From Octopus sinensis (taxonomy: Eukaryota), in NCBI RefSeq assembly GCF_006345805.1, contig NC_043013.1:47492001-47556000 (forward strand): a stretch of 64,000 nucleotides of DNA, in the 5' to 3' direction. The position numbers and the translations under genes were made by a program. Positions 38,900 to 52,739 of this stretch are shown piece by piece. The notes under the pieces were generated by a model. It did not search any database. It had not been told where the DNA came from and saw only the letters and a list, made by a program, of their open reading frames with translations. How positions within the stretch are numbered: the first letter of the stretch is position 1; every line of letters starts with the position of its first letter.

Positions 38900-40988
38900 A
38901 TTTTACTTAGCCCACATCTAATGAAATAGGTGATCCCCATGAAAATCGTAATATTTTCATTCATGCTTGAGATAACCTTAAACGTGTTTCAGAGACTCAT
39001 CCCTCTTATGATGATCTCCAGTATCCTCTTATTCGGTGGAATGGACAAGATGGGTGTCATTTCAATATTCCACGGATTGAACCTGTAAAAGGATAGCCAA
39101 TTACAAGAAAAAAGGTGTCATCAAATGACTTCTATTTTTACCAACTGATGTTGAGACCAGAACAGTCAAATCAATTACGCATGTATCGTGATCTCTTTCA
39201 GCAATACCTGGTTGATATGTATGCTAAAGTTGAGAGTCAGTGTTTCCTCTACATTCGTAACAATCAAAAATTATGTTCATCTCCAAGATGCATGCTCTGT
39301 GTACAGATGGTGTTATTCAAAACAAGGGGCAACTTATAATCCTCTCATCATCATTCACAAGTGGTCCTCGAGGCGGCGAGCTGGCAGAACCGTTAGCACG
39401 CCGGGCGAAATGCGTAGCCGTATTTCGTCTGCCGTTACGTTCTGAGTTCAAATTCCGCCGAGGTCGACTTTACCTTTCATCCTTTCGGGGTCGATAAATT
39501 AAGTACCAGTTGCGTACTGGAGTCGATGTGATCGACTTAATCCGTTTGTCTGTCCTTGTTTGTCCCCTCTATGTTTAGCCCCTTGTGGGTAATAAAGAAA
39601 CAGATATATGCACGAACGAACGCATGATGCTATGACATTTGTCAGGACGTACGGAAAACCAGATGTTTTTTGTTCCTTTCACCTGCAATCCTAAGGGGGA
39701 GGAATTAAAATCTAACCTTTTTCCAGTGTTGCATCTTCTGGTATTGCAGCTACCCTCTTCACTGGGGAAAGAACTGCTCATTCCATGTTCAAGCTCTCTC
39801 TAAACCTTGCAATGAAAAAAACCTCAAATGTGCAACTTTTCCAAAAACTCTGCTATGGCAACAGTTCTCCAACAAACTTGCCACATTGTTTGGGATCAGT
39901 GCACTATGTCACATTGTGGAGCACCAGAGGTACTTGACCGTATCCTCCAAGACATGAAAAACAATAGGAGGAATAACAGCTCTTCTTGGGGAAGATTTTC
40001 CTCATATGTTGCCAGTTATCATCAGAGGACCAAACACTGATGAGGTCAATGCACGTTTCTAAAAATCGTTCCTTTGGAGACATGAAAAAACTTCATCTTA
40101 CAAACAATATCAGAGTACTTCAACAAGGGGATCATATAAGATTGGTAATGGGACATTGACATTCAACTCAAGGCTTCAGCTATATGAAATTACATGCGGT
40201 CAAATGTTACTTTCTCTTAGGGATCTGATGGATAAAGTATTTCCTAATTTTCTCTAATGTAAACTTGCTATGTGAAACAGCTATACTAGCTTCAACTAAT
40301 GAAATGGTTGATAAACTCAACCATGATCTTCTTCAGAAGTTAACACATACATTAGAAATGTCTTTTCGATCAATTGACAACAATCGATCAAGATAAGCTT
40401 GTTCAATATCCTGTTGAATTTCTGAACACACTTAAACCCACTGAGGTGCCACCACAGGGTGCTCCCATTTTGTTTCTTAGGAATCTTGTCCCATCTCACC
40501 TGTGTAATGGAACTCGCTTAATTCTTACTTCCATGAATCCATATGTCCTACAGGCAACGATCACAATGGGTAGTTACAAATGAGAAAATGTCTTTATTCC
40601 AAAAATTCCTCTCATATCTATAGATTCTCCATTTGAATTTAAGACGCTTCAGTTTCCAGTCAAACTAAGGTTTAGTATTTCAATTAACTTGATCTCTCTA
40701 CTACATGTTTCTTCCACGGCCTACTATATGTTGCTTGCTCGTGAGTTGGAAGCAGCAACAATTTATTCATTTTGACAACTAAAAATTACACAATAAATAT
40801 TGTTTACCCTGAGGTGCTTCAACGTTGACAGATTTTCAGTTCGAAATACTATTTCCATTACAATTTAGATATTGTTTAATAAAATATAGATATTTTGAAA
40901 TAATTATCAGAATATATCTTTATATTTATTGTTTATTAATCTGAATAAGAACAGAGGTAACATGGGCAGCTCCGGGTCATTCATTTAG
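38900..40988 (+). mobile_element. Degraded, internally deleted Helitron (Rep/helicase relic); 5' boundary approximate
   Basis: HPSYDDLQYPL, LFQQYLVDMYAKVES, DAMTFVRTYGKPD..TCNP, YPVEFLN, LRNL..LCNGTRL, QFPV, HGLLYVACSRV; ends in TTAG|T after a GC-rich subterminal segment. Confidence 0.9.
39372..39602 (+). mobile_element. GAGCTGGCAG-family SINE (tail B) inserted in the Helitron Rep region
   Basis: Interrupts the GPR|YMHER motif. Confidence 0.9.
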
Positions 40989-41167
40989 TATATAAAATGT
41001 CTAAATAATATAACTACACACGACCACGTATCTGCGCAGTGCTGAAACGAAATAACACGGAGTAACAGTAAAGTTTCTAGAAAAGCAATACATTTGCTGT
41101 GTATTAAACACGCGTTCCTAAATTAGGCGCAACACCAAAAATAAACCGGAAGGAAACAGTATTTTTT

Positions 41168-41557
41168 GTACTTGTTTCAGTCATTTGACTGCGGCCATGC
41201 TGGAGCACTGCCTTTAATCGAGCAACTCGACCCCGGGACTTATTCTTTTGTAAGCCCAGTACTTATTCTATCGGTCTCTTTTGCCGAACCGCTAAGTAAC
41301 GGGGACATAAACACACCAGCATCGGTTGTCAAGCAATTCTAGGGGGACAAACACAGACACACAAACACACACACGCATACATATATATATACATATATAC
41401 GACGGGCTTCTTTCAGTTTCCGTCTACCAAATCCACTCACAAGGCTTTGGTCGGCCCGAGGCTATAGCAGAAGACACTTGCCCAAGGTGCCACACAGTGG
41501 GACTGAACCCGGAACAATGTGGCTGGTAAACAAGCTACTTACCACACAGCCACTCCT
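41168..41557 (-). mobile_element. CORE-like SINE with internal microsatellite
   Basis: Reverse complement of 30750-31160. Confidence 0.9.
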
Positions 41558-43111
41558 GGTCGATTATAATTTTTTAGTACTTGACTGGTACTTTATTTTA
41601 TTGACCCTGGTATGATATAAAAATCGTGGGTCTCAGTGAAATTTGAACTCACAACGCAAACCACTAGAACTAATACAGCAAATCTTACGCTCTAAAGATT
41701 CTAACAATCCACTTCTTTCAAAGCCTAATGATAATAATAACAAGCGTACAATTTGTACAAATAAAATATGTTTTCTAAAGAATACATCTGATCAAATTAG
41801 GAAGCAAGCTATTGACCTTCCTTTATAAGCTGCATTATAGAAGTCACGACTACGGAATAAAATCATGTGACAGAAATCACATAAAACGTTCGAAGGAGAC
41901 AAGCGTCTCAATAGAACAGCTTTGAAAGTATATTCAGAAAATATATGCAGTTGCAGTTTGGACAAGTACTTAAGCTGTATCCAGGTGTAAGTACAAAATT
42001 TCATGTATTCGGAAACATGTGATATTACGGCAAAGTATTATTAGTGATTGAACACTAACATTACTAATTGAACCTACATTAACGGAAGCTAGATTTTTTC
42101 CCCTGTCTTAATGATTTGTAATTGGGAATTCAATTTATGTTGGTTTTATTTTTTTAATTTATTCATAGCATCACCTTCAGTTTCTCTAGCATTGAAAATT
42201 CAGTAAGATGGTAATGAAGACATTTTATCGAAGGCGCATGTGATTTCGGCATAATTTCTAAATGAGACATTATATATATATATATAAAAACAAATTATAA
42301 AAAAAAATATTGGTGAAGCTAGAGTCGTTTCATAGGAAACAATAAAAAGTCTAGCTTTCAGAAAGAAACGGAAATATAGCTCCGACACGCAGGTTTCTTC
42401 TATGTTGCGTGTATGGTACATGAATCTGGCATGCGTGGATGGAAAGCAAGATTTGAAAGGGCTGAGACTTGTCGGCTCCACTGAAGGCTAAAACTATAAG
42501 TACAATGGCAGGTTGTTAGCTGATGAGTGGCGGGAAGCGGCGAACAGATCTTTGACTATGTAATCATTTCATTACAAGTTGCAGAAAGAAACGAAAAGTA
42601 AAAAGTAGAACGGCTCATAATGAGATAAACGAATTGAGCAAAATATTACTGAATCCAGAATTATTACATAGTAATTAAAATAATTATAGGAATGAAACAA
42701 ATACAAAGACATCCTCTAAAATTTACTAAAAAATACAAATATATTCGTGTGGACATGAGAACCGAACATTCTCAAATATACATACGGGAATATATAGGCG
42801 AGCACGCACACGATCTAGACGATCTTATATCAAATATACATGTGTGTGTGTGTGTAGGTGCGTGTATGTGTGTGTATATGAGCATCAATGTGCATGTTTC
42901 TTGATGTGAATGTGTACGTGTGTATCAAAAGAAGGAAAGAAAGAGGTTGAAAGATTGAACGATGGAAATCAGTGAAGATATTTGTATACATACCTATGTG
43001 CACATTCGCACACATAAATGTATACTGTTATTCATAAATATGTTGTATATGCGCGTGTATGCATACAGTTACAAATGGCTATTTGAATATAAGCATGTGT
43101 GTATTTGTGTG

Positions 43112-43185
<74 letters not shown>

Positions 43186-43265
43186 CATACTTATGTCAGT
43201 AAATATGTGTATGTGTATATATAAATGTGCCTGTATGTGTTTGCGTATGAATATTTAGACGTGTT

Positions 43266-43304
<39 letters not shown>

Positions 43305-43994
43305 TGAGAGAGAGAGATAAAGAGAGAGAGACAGGCAGAGAGACAGAGAGAGGGACAGAGAGAGACAGAGAGAGACAGAGAGAGATGCATAAACATATAA
43401 AAATATTGATATCTGTCTTGTTATATACTTATGCATCTTTCACTCTCACTCTCTCTGTTTCTCTCTCTATCTATCTATCTTTCTCTTTCACATATGTGTG
43501 GATATGCATGCGTATGTACGTGTGTGTATGCGTGCGTGCGTGCACAGGGTTGCGTGTGTGTGTGTGTGTGGTGTGTGCGTCTGTGTGGCAATTGTGGGAA
43601 CTTTACTATATGTTAAAAGGGGGGAAACAGCGTAAACTTTCGCCGAGAATATGGTAGAACTATGTTTAAAATGTAGCGATATAGAAGAACCTGAATCAGA
43701 ATTCTACCGCCATGCTAAGAATAAACACGACGGCGTTTCAAAACAATAAGAAAAAAGTTCTGCGGACACACCCACATGATGCAACGCTATAGCAGATCTT
43801 ATGAAGCTAAACACATAACAAAACAAGGATTAATACTAAATAGATGATAATATGACAGAATTTACAATAATCTCAGCACCGCCGTTGTAATTGCCAGAGA
43901 GATGTGCTGTTACCACTGCCACATTGATATAGAAATGTTAGTGTATAAGCATGTGCCCTCGTGCCTTTTCTATAAGGATGCAAGCCAATATATG

Positions 43995-44057
<63 letters not shown>

Positions 44058-44079
44058 TTGTGTGTGTATGTATGTATGT

Positions 44080-44190
44080 GATCACGTGATCACGTGACCG
44101 ACCAGACCATCAGATGTTTTACACATCGCTGGTCACAATGCGTTCGCATTGTTTTAGCCTTCGAATGACGCCACCCCGCTGGCTAAGCGA
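44080..44190 (-). mobile_element. Isolated SINE tail T2 (5'-truncated)
   Basis: Reverse complement of the 3' part of 48123-48435. Confidence 0.8.
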
Positions 44191-44213
44191 GCAGGCCAAT
44201 GTATGTATGTATG

Positions 44214-44280
<67 letters not shown>

Positions 44281-44282
<2 letters not shown>

Positions 44283-44448
44283 GGAGTAAGCTCATAAATG
44301 TGAAACAAGGTGGAAAAAAGAGTACTCAAATGCCAGAGGCAGAGTAATATGCTCTATTTAAAAGCAAAAGTTAAAACTGTCCGACGAACGGGAACGTGAA
44401 ACTCCGAGGAACACACTTTTGTTACATTTCTGCTGCTTTTGAATAAAG
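44281..44448 (+). mobile_element. Short (TA)n-embedded element with hammerhead-like motif
   Basis: CUGU-CCGACGA-ACG(GGAA)CGU-GAAA-CUC(C)GAG-G-A-ACA at 44377-44413; 15/18 inverted repeat flanks the motif. Confidence 0.5.
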
Positions 44449-44554
44449 TATATGTGTGTGTATGTGTGCATGTGTGTGTGTGTGCACGTATGTATGTATG
44501 TATGTATGTATGTATGTATGTATGTATGTATGTATGTATGTATGTATGTATGTG

Positions 44555-44585
<31 letters not shown>

Positions 44586-44628
44586 ATGTATGTATGTATG
44601 TATGTATGTATGTATGTATGTATGTATG

Positions 44629-44673
<45 letters not shown>

Positions 44674-44699
44674 ATATATATATATATGTATCGATCTCT

Positions 44700-44882
44700 C
44701 CAAAATTATTAAAAGATACATAGAAAATTTTAGAAAAATTTAAAAAGAAATAAGTGGAAATTTTAATGGTGAGTGTATTAAATTATAAGGCACTAAAAGA
44801 GAATGACTCCCTTCAGACAAAACAGAATATGTTTCAACACACGAATTCATATGAAGAATCTTGCAAGCAAATCCCAAAACGA
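44700..44882 (+). mobile_element. Third (TA)n-adjacent repeat family, copy 1
   Basis: Reverse-complement similarity to 61614-61805; both abut (TA)n at the same end. Confidence 0.65.
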
Positions 44883-44908
44883 TATACATACATACATACA
44901 TATATACA

Positions 44909-44989
<81 letters not shown>

Positions 44990-45103
44990 GATATATATAT
45001 ATACATACATATATATATACATACATACATAAATATACATACACCACATATATATATATACATACATACAGATATATATATATATACATGCATATATATA
45101 TAT

Positions 45104-45168
<65 letters not shown>

Positions 45169-45270
45169 ATCCAAACATGAAAGCACAAAAAACATATATA
45201 TGTATATATATATATAAATAGATAGATAGATAGATGGATAGATAGATAGATATATGTATATGTATATATG

Positions 45271-45321
<51 letters not shown>

Positions 45322-45604
45322 AGCAAAAAAGCAATAACCAGATACTGACAATTATTGTGTTTGCGTAACACACTGATTCGCAGCTACCAGTTAAGCACTG
45401 GCACTACTTGCGAAAAACTTTAGTAGGAACTATGTATTTTGCTTGTAAAATGACCGAAACCATTGGTAGCTGCATAACAAATTGTTACGTAACCACGTGG
45501 ATAATACGCATTAAACGCATTCGAAAATTTGTAATTATTTTATAATTATTGTAATAATGACCAATTTTTCTTAATCATATTAATAATTACAATGTACCAT
45601 ACTC

Positions 45605-45860
45605 TTTTACCTGTTTCAGTCATTTGACTACGACCATGCTGGAACACTGTCCTGAAGGGTTTTAATCGACCAAATCGACCCTAGGATATTTTAGGGCTTA
45701 AAACTTATTCTATCGTTCGCTTTTATTGAACTGTTAAGTTATTGGGACGCAAACACACCAGCACCGGCTGTCAATGGTGATATGGTGTGGCAAACATACA
45801 CATGCACACACATAGATGTGTGTATGTATATATATATATATACAGAGAGAGAGAGAGAGC

Positions 45861-45950
<90 letters not shown>

Positions 45951-46120
45951 TAGATGGATATATACATACAGGCTACGGGCTTCTTTCAGTTTCTGTCTGC
46001 CAAATCCACTCGCAAAGATTTGATCGGCCTGAGGCTATAGTAGAAGATAGTTACCTAAGGTGCCGCACACTGGCACTGAACCTAATATCCTGTAGCTGCG
46101 AAACGAGTTTCTTACCACAA
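45605..46120 (-). mobile_element. Diverged CORE-like SINE with expanded internal (GATA)n
   Basis: Family motifs on both sides of the microsatellite. Confidence 0.75.
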
Positions 46121-46268
46121 CCCTATATCTGCAAATCTTTTAAATTCCTTATTTCTGATCTCTACACATGTCACAACTCAATCATCATGTTTGAAAATAT
46201 AAATGTCGTAATCTAACCCTATGCCAGGTGTCTGCCTGTTCATACGTTTATCCTACAATGCGTATATA

Positions 46269-46326
<58 letters not shown>

Positions 46327-46529
46327 ATGTAAACATATGTATACGTATATATGTGTGTATATATATATAAGTACATGCACACATATAGATATATATGTGC
46401 GTGTGTGTGTGTATGTGTGTGTACATACAAAATACATGTTTATGATTTTTGTATGCATATACTTTATTCATATGTATGCACATTCATGCTTGCAAGAACA
46501 AATACGCATTTCCCTCTCCCTGTCTCTCG

Positions 46530-46612
<83 letters not shown>

Positions 46613-46642
46613 TATATATATGTATGTATTTATGTATGTCTG

Positions 46643-46689
<47 letters not shown>

Positions 46690-48122
46690 GTATCTACGTA
46701 TGCATGTATGTTTGTATGTATATGTACACATACATAAATATATAGAGTGAGGGAGAGAGAGAAAGAAACGCATAGGCATATACATATAATTCTTTAATAT
46801 TTTTTCACTAAATATATGGTTCTCGATCGGATTCAATTTCAGTCCACATATTGCACATTTATACTTACATTATTTTGACAACAAATAGCTTACCTTTAAA
46901 AGAAATACATATTTAATAACGTAAACTAATTTATGCATATTGTCAGATAGAAACAAGCTCTAGTCGTGATGCTTAATGATAGATTCCACACATTCTATAA
47001 AGGAATATCCAACAAACTTCGAATTAGAAAAAGAGAATAACGAAGTGTCCGCCATCTTTTTTTAGCTGAAATATCATTTAAAATTTTTTAATCATTTATA
47101 AATTATATGATAAAAGAAATAATTAACTGTTTGATGTAGGATTAATTCCATACTTTAAGAGTAATATAACTAGGAAAATATTCTATGTAAAATGTACTGG
47201 CAAAATTACTGAGATCTGAACAAAAAGTTCACAAAAAAGACATTATATTATTCAGTAATTCAAGAAGTTATTTGAATTTTTTTTATTTGTTAGTTTGAAA
47301 AAATAAACTACCAGCAAAATCACTGTAATAAAAACATTTAAAGAGTTTATTATGAACATGATGAAGGTTTTTAATAATACTAAATAAAACAATGAAATAA
47401 TATTCTCGGTCTATAAGTGGCAATAAAACACACACTCGCGCATGCGCAGAGATCATCAGGCCATTCTAAAAACCAGAAAACAGAAATGAATAAATCACTG
47501 GATTTGATTACTCAGATACGCCATCTGCATGAAAACCGAATGTTGATAATTTAGTGTTAATGTTGTTAATGGGGATAGCATCAAACGTCTAATGATGAAA
47601 ACGAAACCTAGCATATTTCGTATATATTGCTCAAAATTTTTTTTCATTAATATTACATCCCTGATGATGCAAACAAACACAATCTCTTTTTAATAAAAAT
47701 CAAAAGAAGTAAATTTTTACTTTGTAATTAATTACAATTAATAACATTAAGGGATTCGAGGGGCTGTGAACCCCCATCCTAAGCAGCGCGTTTCGGTATT
47801 ATTGGATTTATTTATGTCACTACATTTTAACCGTATTTTTAATAACTGAAAATGATTTTAAAATATGTCTTTGATGAATTAACACCGACAAAATTATCGA
47901 ATAAGAAAATACAACATAAGCTCAATGGTTTGCTACTTTAGTATATGCAGCTAGTACGGGAGACAACTCTTCCCCTATTTCATTGTTATTAAACCTCATC
48001 GGCGACACACAGATTTCAGCGTACATTCCGAACTAGTGACGACAGTATCACTGAGATAGCTATTTTATAAGAGTTGACATAAGTTTCATTTATGTTACAT
48101 TTAGATAATATATCAGCTAATT

Positions 48123-48435
48123 GTGGAGGCGCAATGGCCCAGCGGTTAGGGCAGCGGACTCGCGGTCGCAGGATCGCGGTTTCGATTCCCAGACCGGGCG
48201 TCGTGAGTGTTTATTGAGCGAAAACACCTAAAGCTCCACAAGGCTCTGGCAGGGGGTGGTGGAGATCCCTGCTGTACTCTTTCGCCACAACTTTCTCTCA
48301 CTCTTTCTTTTGTTGGCCTGCTCGCTAAGCCAGCGGGGGGCGGCGTCATTTGAAGGCTAAAACAATGTGAAGCGCATTGTGACCAGCGATGTGTAGCGAC
48401 ATCCGATAGCCTGGTCGGTTACGGTGATCACGGTG
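48123..48435 (+). mobile_element. tRNA-derived SINE, head H1 + tail T2
   Basis: Same head as 29209; degenerate 13-bp TSD (48110-22; 48436-48). Confidence 0.88.
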
Positions 48436-49132
48436 ATATCAACAAATTACTCAACGATTCATCTGAATGAAACAAAAGGGGGTAACTTAGATTTCTTCAC
48501 CAGGGATAAGAGAAAGAATATATAGAAAAACATTAATAGAAATTTACTAACAACTTTAGACACGTACACAGATACACACAAACAGAATATTGCCTATTTC
48601 TTGATTTTTGTTTTGAAAGTATAGGACAAAGTAAATTGTTCTTCTCTAACTACTGAATCTTTAAAAATAAATATTCAACCTTAGACATATTTTAATCTCC
48701 AATCTATTTTATGAAAATAATTGTCTGTTAAATAAGTAACATTTTATGTATTTCTACTAATTTTACTTGTGACAATAAGCCATGATAATGGACTAGTAAA
48801 TAAGTCAGTTTTTAGTTCATGTATATAATTTTTTAGAAAAATTTGATGTATGTATACAATGTAAATTTGTTCAATATTAAATAAAGATAACTGTAATGGC
48901 ACAGCTTTTTTGCTGGTGATTGATGGCTTCTATGTTAAGAAGTATTTATTTATAAAGGAAAAAAAAATTAGAAAGCAATCAAAATATTTTTGTGTTCAAA
49001 ATTTGCTATGTATATAAATGATATGAATACTCTATTAACTTTTTAATGTGCTGTAGATATAAGTAATATACATGTGTGAGTATATTTGTGTGTGTGTATG
49101 TGTGTGTGTATGCGCGTTCTCTCACTGTTTAG

Positions 49133-49198
<66 letters not shown>

Positions 49199-49253
49199 TG
49201 TATATGTGTATATATATATATATATTATATATATATATATATGTGTATATATC

Positions 49254-49285
<32 letters not shown>

Positions 49286-50329
49286 GATATGTATATATAT
49301 GTATATATATATATGTGTGTGTGGTGTGTATGTGTGCTTGGAGGGTGTGAGTTTGTAGATGTGCATGGGTGGGTGAGTGTGTTTTGCACGTATGCGGAAA
49401 TGTATGTTGTTGCGCCTAAGGAAATAACAGTGTGTATGTGTGTTAATTCGGCAGGTACTGATCTGGAGAGGAATAAAATTGACGTTGGTATATTTCGCTT
49501 ATTGTATTACGATTAACACCAGGAGTTCGTATATATAATAAACAACATGCTTCTAGAAATTAAATGATTAATTGATCGTTTGACGTTGTACAAGGATTGA
49601 CGTCAAAACAATCTCAGTGCCCCTAGATGCTGCAGAGAGACTGTACACGCCGTTGTATGTATCCACATGAAGCGAAATTATATTGTACACCGACTTCAAC
49701 ATTGAGAAATAGTTCAAACTAATTTATGAAAGAACTTAAATTTAATCTATATAAACTATATTAGACTAAATAAGAAATCAAAACATTTACACATTCGGAG
49801 GATAGAAGCGAGTTGTTCGATCAAGTTCCTATTCATTCTATTATATTGCAAATTGTTGCATAATCTATGGAGACTTGCACAGTTAATGCACGAGTAGAAT
49901 TAGCCTAATACTCAGTGTGACAAGACGGCCCTCCACACAAAGCTACCACTCATACGTTGAGTTTTCACTCAAACACGAATTCCGTTACCCTTGTTTTAAT
50001 CAAAAGCACTGATTGAAGTCCAGACTGTCGTGGAAAAATTTGTCGGGCCACCACCTTGAACAATTTTAGTTGAAGAAATCGACCCCAATACTTTTATTTT
50101 TTAAAGTCGGGTACTTTTTCTATTGGTTGCTATGGGGATGTGAACATCAACAGCGGTTGCCAAGCGGTGTTGGGGTGCAAACACAGACACAATGACAAAC
50201 ACACATATATATTTGTTATTGCGCTGCGGCTATAGATCGAACTTGGAAGAATGCTTTGTAGAATGGATCAATTTCACAGCGTATCAGTTTGTTCGTACGT
50301 GCGTTCACGCATATTTCTTTGGGATTTAA

Positions 50330-50690
50330 CTTCGCTTCAGAAGAACTTTTAGACGAAGGAATCGACCCCGGTACTTATTTTTATTTTAAACCTGGTTCTA
50401 TTTCTCTCGGTCCCTTTTGCCGAAATGCTACGTTATAGGGACATAAACACACGAACGCTGGTTGTCAAGCGGTGGGGGGGGGGACAAACTCAGACAAATA
50501 CAAACACACACACATATATACACGACAGGCTTCTTTCAGTTTCCGTCTGCCAAATCCACTCACAAGGCGTTGCTCGGCCCGAGGTTATAGTAGAAAACAC
50601 GTGCCCTAAGTTCTACGGAGTGGAACTGAACCCAGAAACAAGTGTTTCGGAAACAAGCTTCTTACTGCAGAGCAACGCCTGCGCCTATGT
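50330..50690 (-). mobile_element. Diverged CORE-like SINE
   Basis: Family motifs GGCTTCTTTCAGTTTCCGTCTGCCAAATCCACTCACAAGG. Confidence 0.75.
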
Positions 50691-50799
50691 ACACACATAT
50701 ATACACAAATGCACACGTCCAGCTATATAAATTCATCCATCTACACATAGACTTTCACATTATATTTACAATATATTATTTCTAATGTTACTATAGCAT

Positions 50800-50985
50800 C
50801 AGTTGGTGAGCTGGCAGAATTCGTTAGCATCCCGGAAAAATACTTAGCGTCATTTCGTCCGTCCTTACTTTCTGAATTCATATTCCGCTGCGGTGGACTA
50901 AGCCTTACGTCCTTTCGAGGTTGTTGAAATAAGCACCATTTGAGCATGGAGGTTGATATAGTCGACTTGCCCTCTCCCCCAAATT
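50800..50985 (+). mobile_element. Diverged GAGCTGGCAG-family SINE
   Basis: GTGAGCTGGCAGAATTCGTTAGCA head. Confidence 0.7.
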
Positions 50986-52281
50986 TTAGAACTTGTACCT
51001 ATACTAGCTGGGAATATTACTGCTATTCCTTTTACAATCGAAATAGACGATTACAGAGTTTTTGAGGTTTCGGTTTCTTCAACAAGTTTCCAGTCTTCTT
51101 TAAATAAGCAGTAAATTCTTCCGTTTGGCCGAATAGCTAATAAATTTGCTGCGCAGCCACGATATCCTGGTTTCAATCACACTGTTTAGCAGATTCGGTA
51201 GATGTAGTTTACTAAAGCCTTGGGTTGACCCATACCTTGTGAGTAAAGGTGGGTACAATTCAAAAGGTACTGCCTTGTCGTACACAGCTGATTCTGTCAG
51301 CGGTTTAATTTAAAGTTGCACTTGTTGGTGGAATACTCGGCCAATTATACGACAATTTAGGAACAGGAGATTCAGTTGAATGAAAAACTGAACCCTCGTC
51401 GCCAAACAACAGAGATCCACTGCCGGCACCGAATTCTTTTACTATAATCTCTTAGTTTACAGAGCGAGGTCTTCGCTTACAAACGTTTTTGTGTCAAAAC
51501 TACAATACGTATCTAGAATGAATATTTAATGTATTATTTACCAATATGTAGTATATTATATTGCAATAGCTTTAACAATGCTTCTAATTTTTAATATATT
51601 TCATTTTATTATCGGTCTAACTATGATTTTTTTGTTAATATCTATCGCACTCTCAACTAAAATGATTTATACGAAAAATATTTTCTTTATATTTAAAAGA
51701 TATTAATTTTAATATTGTATATATTACAAATATTAATACACACGCACAAGCTCTCACAAACACACATACACACACACATAAACACACACGCTCACAAATA
51801 CACAAAATCACACATATATACACATATACAAATATACAGTGGTTGGTTGAAACATTCTCACTTTATATAAATTCCTGCTTAAAGTAACAAAATCGCCCCA
51901 CGTTCAGTTCTGCTGCATTTAAGAAGGTTTTTAATTCTAGCTCATTTTTAATTATGCATTTGTCTACACATATGCATCATCGTACACAGATCCTTCATCG
52001 TGGACGGATCCTTCGTCGTGTACAGAAAAGTGGCATACCACTTAGCCCATCTACGCAGACAACCAGCATTGTACACTAATGCAAATTGTAAAATGTCGCT
52101 TAAAATTTTAGTTGCATTCTCAGCTGGATGAGCTGATATTTCAGCTTCTCCTTCGCCATCGGCTCTCGTAAATGGAGACAATTAAGAAGCAGCTTCTTTG
52201 GCGTCTGTTCTAGCTATACTTAGTGATGCAGTCAGTGATAGGGAAATCTATGGGCTTTAACACTACAACCAGCTGTTGTTG

Positions 52282-52664
52282 TTTTGCTGCTGTTGCTGTT
52301 GAGCGGGTCTTCGTTCCAGAGCTCGCAAGATGGGAGAAGTCCGAAACGTGGTCCTTTGCTATTCGTAAGACCCGCAGAAGAGAAAGTAGGTCAACTCCCG
52401 ACACCGAGAGCATCTACGGATGGATGAATGCGCATCCAGGCTCAGCGGTTGCGTAGGAAGTCGGGGACAAGAAACAGGAAGAAAGAGTGAAAGAAAGTTG
52501 GGGCGAAAGAGTAAAACAGGGGTCTCCCCCGCCCCTGCCAGAGCCACGTGAAGCTTTAGGTGTTTTCGTTCAATAAATACACACAACACCCGGTCTGGGA
52601 ATCGAAACCGCGATCCTCCGACCGCGAGTCCTCTTCCCTAACCATTGGGCCATTGCGCCTCCAC
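52282..52664 (-). mobile_element. tRNA-derived SINE, head H1 + tail T3
   Basis: Head is the reverse complement of the 48123 head; unrelated tail ending in (CAA/CAG)n. Confidence 0.85.
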
Positions 52665-52739
52665 TGTTGTTGCTGCCTCCTCGACTGTCGTCTTCTTATT
52701 CTTTTTTTTATTCTTTTTATTCTTTTTCGTTCTTTCTAC

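Noticed and set aside
42312-42362. Hairpin TGAAGCTAGA..TCTAGCTTTCA
   Set aside because: Too short and irregular for a pre-miRNA; single occurrence.
42519-42550. CTGATGAG..CGAAC
   Set aside because: Stem II is mismatched and GAAA is absent.
51948-52181. 77-aa non-repetitive minus-strand ORF
   Set aside because: No recognisable domain or splice context; length within chance expectation.
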